Shown: piece by piece, positions 62,901 through 64,000 of the stretch | Layout of the letters: every line of letters starts with the position of its first letter | Position numbering within the stretch: position 1 is the first letter of the stretch | Origin: Phoronis australis | Taxonomy: Eukaryota > Animalia > Phoronida | Assembly (NCBI GenBank): GCA_002633005.1 | Contig: NMRA01000446.1 | Coordinates: 239,156-303,155 of the forward strand | DNA length: 64,000 nucleotides | Direction of reading: 5' to 3' | The notes under the pieces: generated by a model | Seen by the model: the letters and a program-made list of their open reading frames with translations, nothing else | Database searches by the model: none | What the model was told of the DNA's origin: nothing | Program-made: the position numbers and the translations under genes

Positions 62901-64000
62901 GTCTTAGATTATCGCCTGAAAGTGTTTCGTATCTACTCATGTCCGAACCTTTGTCAGAATAGTAAACGGTTTGGGTCAACAGGCGGTTAAAAATGATGGC
63001 TATCCGCCTGGCAGGTTTCAAAAGTGGCCCGGAACGTCATTCCCAATCCGTGGTACCAATCCCGATGTACATACTGTTATGTTTTAGCCTTTTACATGTT
63101 TCTCAGGGATATTCGGCCTCACGACTCACTGTCCTTAAAACATGCGCCGACGTGAAACATCTCCGAGGCTGATTTTGAGGCTACCAACAAAGTCGAGGTG
63201 TTCGGATATCTCAAATCATGAACAGACGCGTTCGGAACACCTCTAATCTTTTCGTAATCTCAAATTATTCCTCGGAGAAATTTCATATCTGTGTATGAGT
63301 CGACTTCGCTCAGAAGAACAAGGGATAAGTGACGGCTAAAATCACTTCAGCTTAGGTGGTCTAAAAGTCGTTCGCAACGGTAATTGTAAATCCTTCTTAT
63401 GTACTATTAAATCTTGCAGTCGACGGGATTCTCCATTTTTAGAATCACTTGTCTTGCTGTAATGACTGACGAGGCCAAAAAGCATAGTTGGTTCTTTTTT
63501 GAGAATTGGTGGTGTGGTACTCTTTTACATGTAGTTGTTCACCTTTTCAAAAAAGAAAAACACCTGAAGACGAGCAAGAATGGTGCGGGAGTTCTTACTC
63601 ATCATTTAGCAAAACGTGGCGTCTTGAACCTTGCTCATCCTTGCGTACATGCATTTGCGCAGTTTTCAAAAAAATACTTGATGAAATTGATGTGAGCGGG
63701 AAGTTTATTTGTTAGTCAAACAACGCAGATCTTAAAAAGAGTGGCAGCAGAGACTCGAAATCGAAATTATTTTTGACACTTTGTATTCCACATTTGTGCG
63801 AACTTAAAATATGTGTCTATTACTCTTTGCTTGAGTACATAGTGACTTGCGCACTAACGTGGATAACTGTCTAATCTTAGTTTGCACTTGGTGACCCAAG
63901 CACTAGAACTACTACAATTTTGAGTCGTAACTCCAAATTTCGAGTCTTTACCCCAGTTTGTAGCTAGAATTTAGGGTCATGAAGTGCGAACTATTACTCA

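Noticed and set aside
63880-63900. CA-CT-TGGTGACCC as an LTR end plus primer-binding site
   Set aside because: It is only a 9-bp match, with no second LTR or gag visible before the window ends.

Overview
This is eukaryotic, AT-rich, repeat-dense DNA, most likely from a marine invertebrate (a lophotrochozoan is my inference). One host gene is well supported: a minus-strand GnRH/AKH-type rhodopsin-family GPCR with seven coding exons (CDS 45364->25504, 492 aa once spliced; all GT/AG junctions and phases checked by hand). The rest is transposon-derived or simple repeat. Identified elements: a decayed Ty3/Gypsy element with ~140-bp LTRs and a GTGT target-site duplication (TSD); two different internally deleted Kolobok-type DNA transposons (TTAA TSD) carrying convergent THAP-transposase and KolX/P2X7-ballast-like ORFs; a further spliced THAP relic; three 5'-truncated LINEs; a Mutator/foldback-like element with a 9-bp TSD; many CA...TG MITEs with 5-bp TSDs; a Helitron 3' end; and many mini/microsatellites. 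The best leads are the Kolobok deletion derivative that still has an open THAP chimeric ORF overlapping an antisense KolX ORF, and a ~95-bp element found just inside two consecutive receptor introns. I see no tRNA/rRNA genes, CRISPR arrays or prokaryotic systems.
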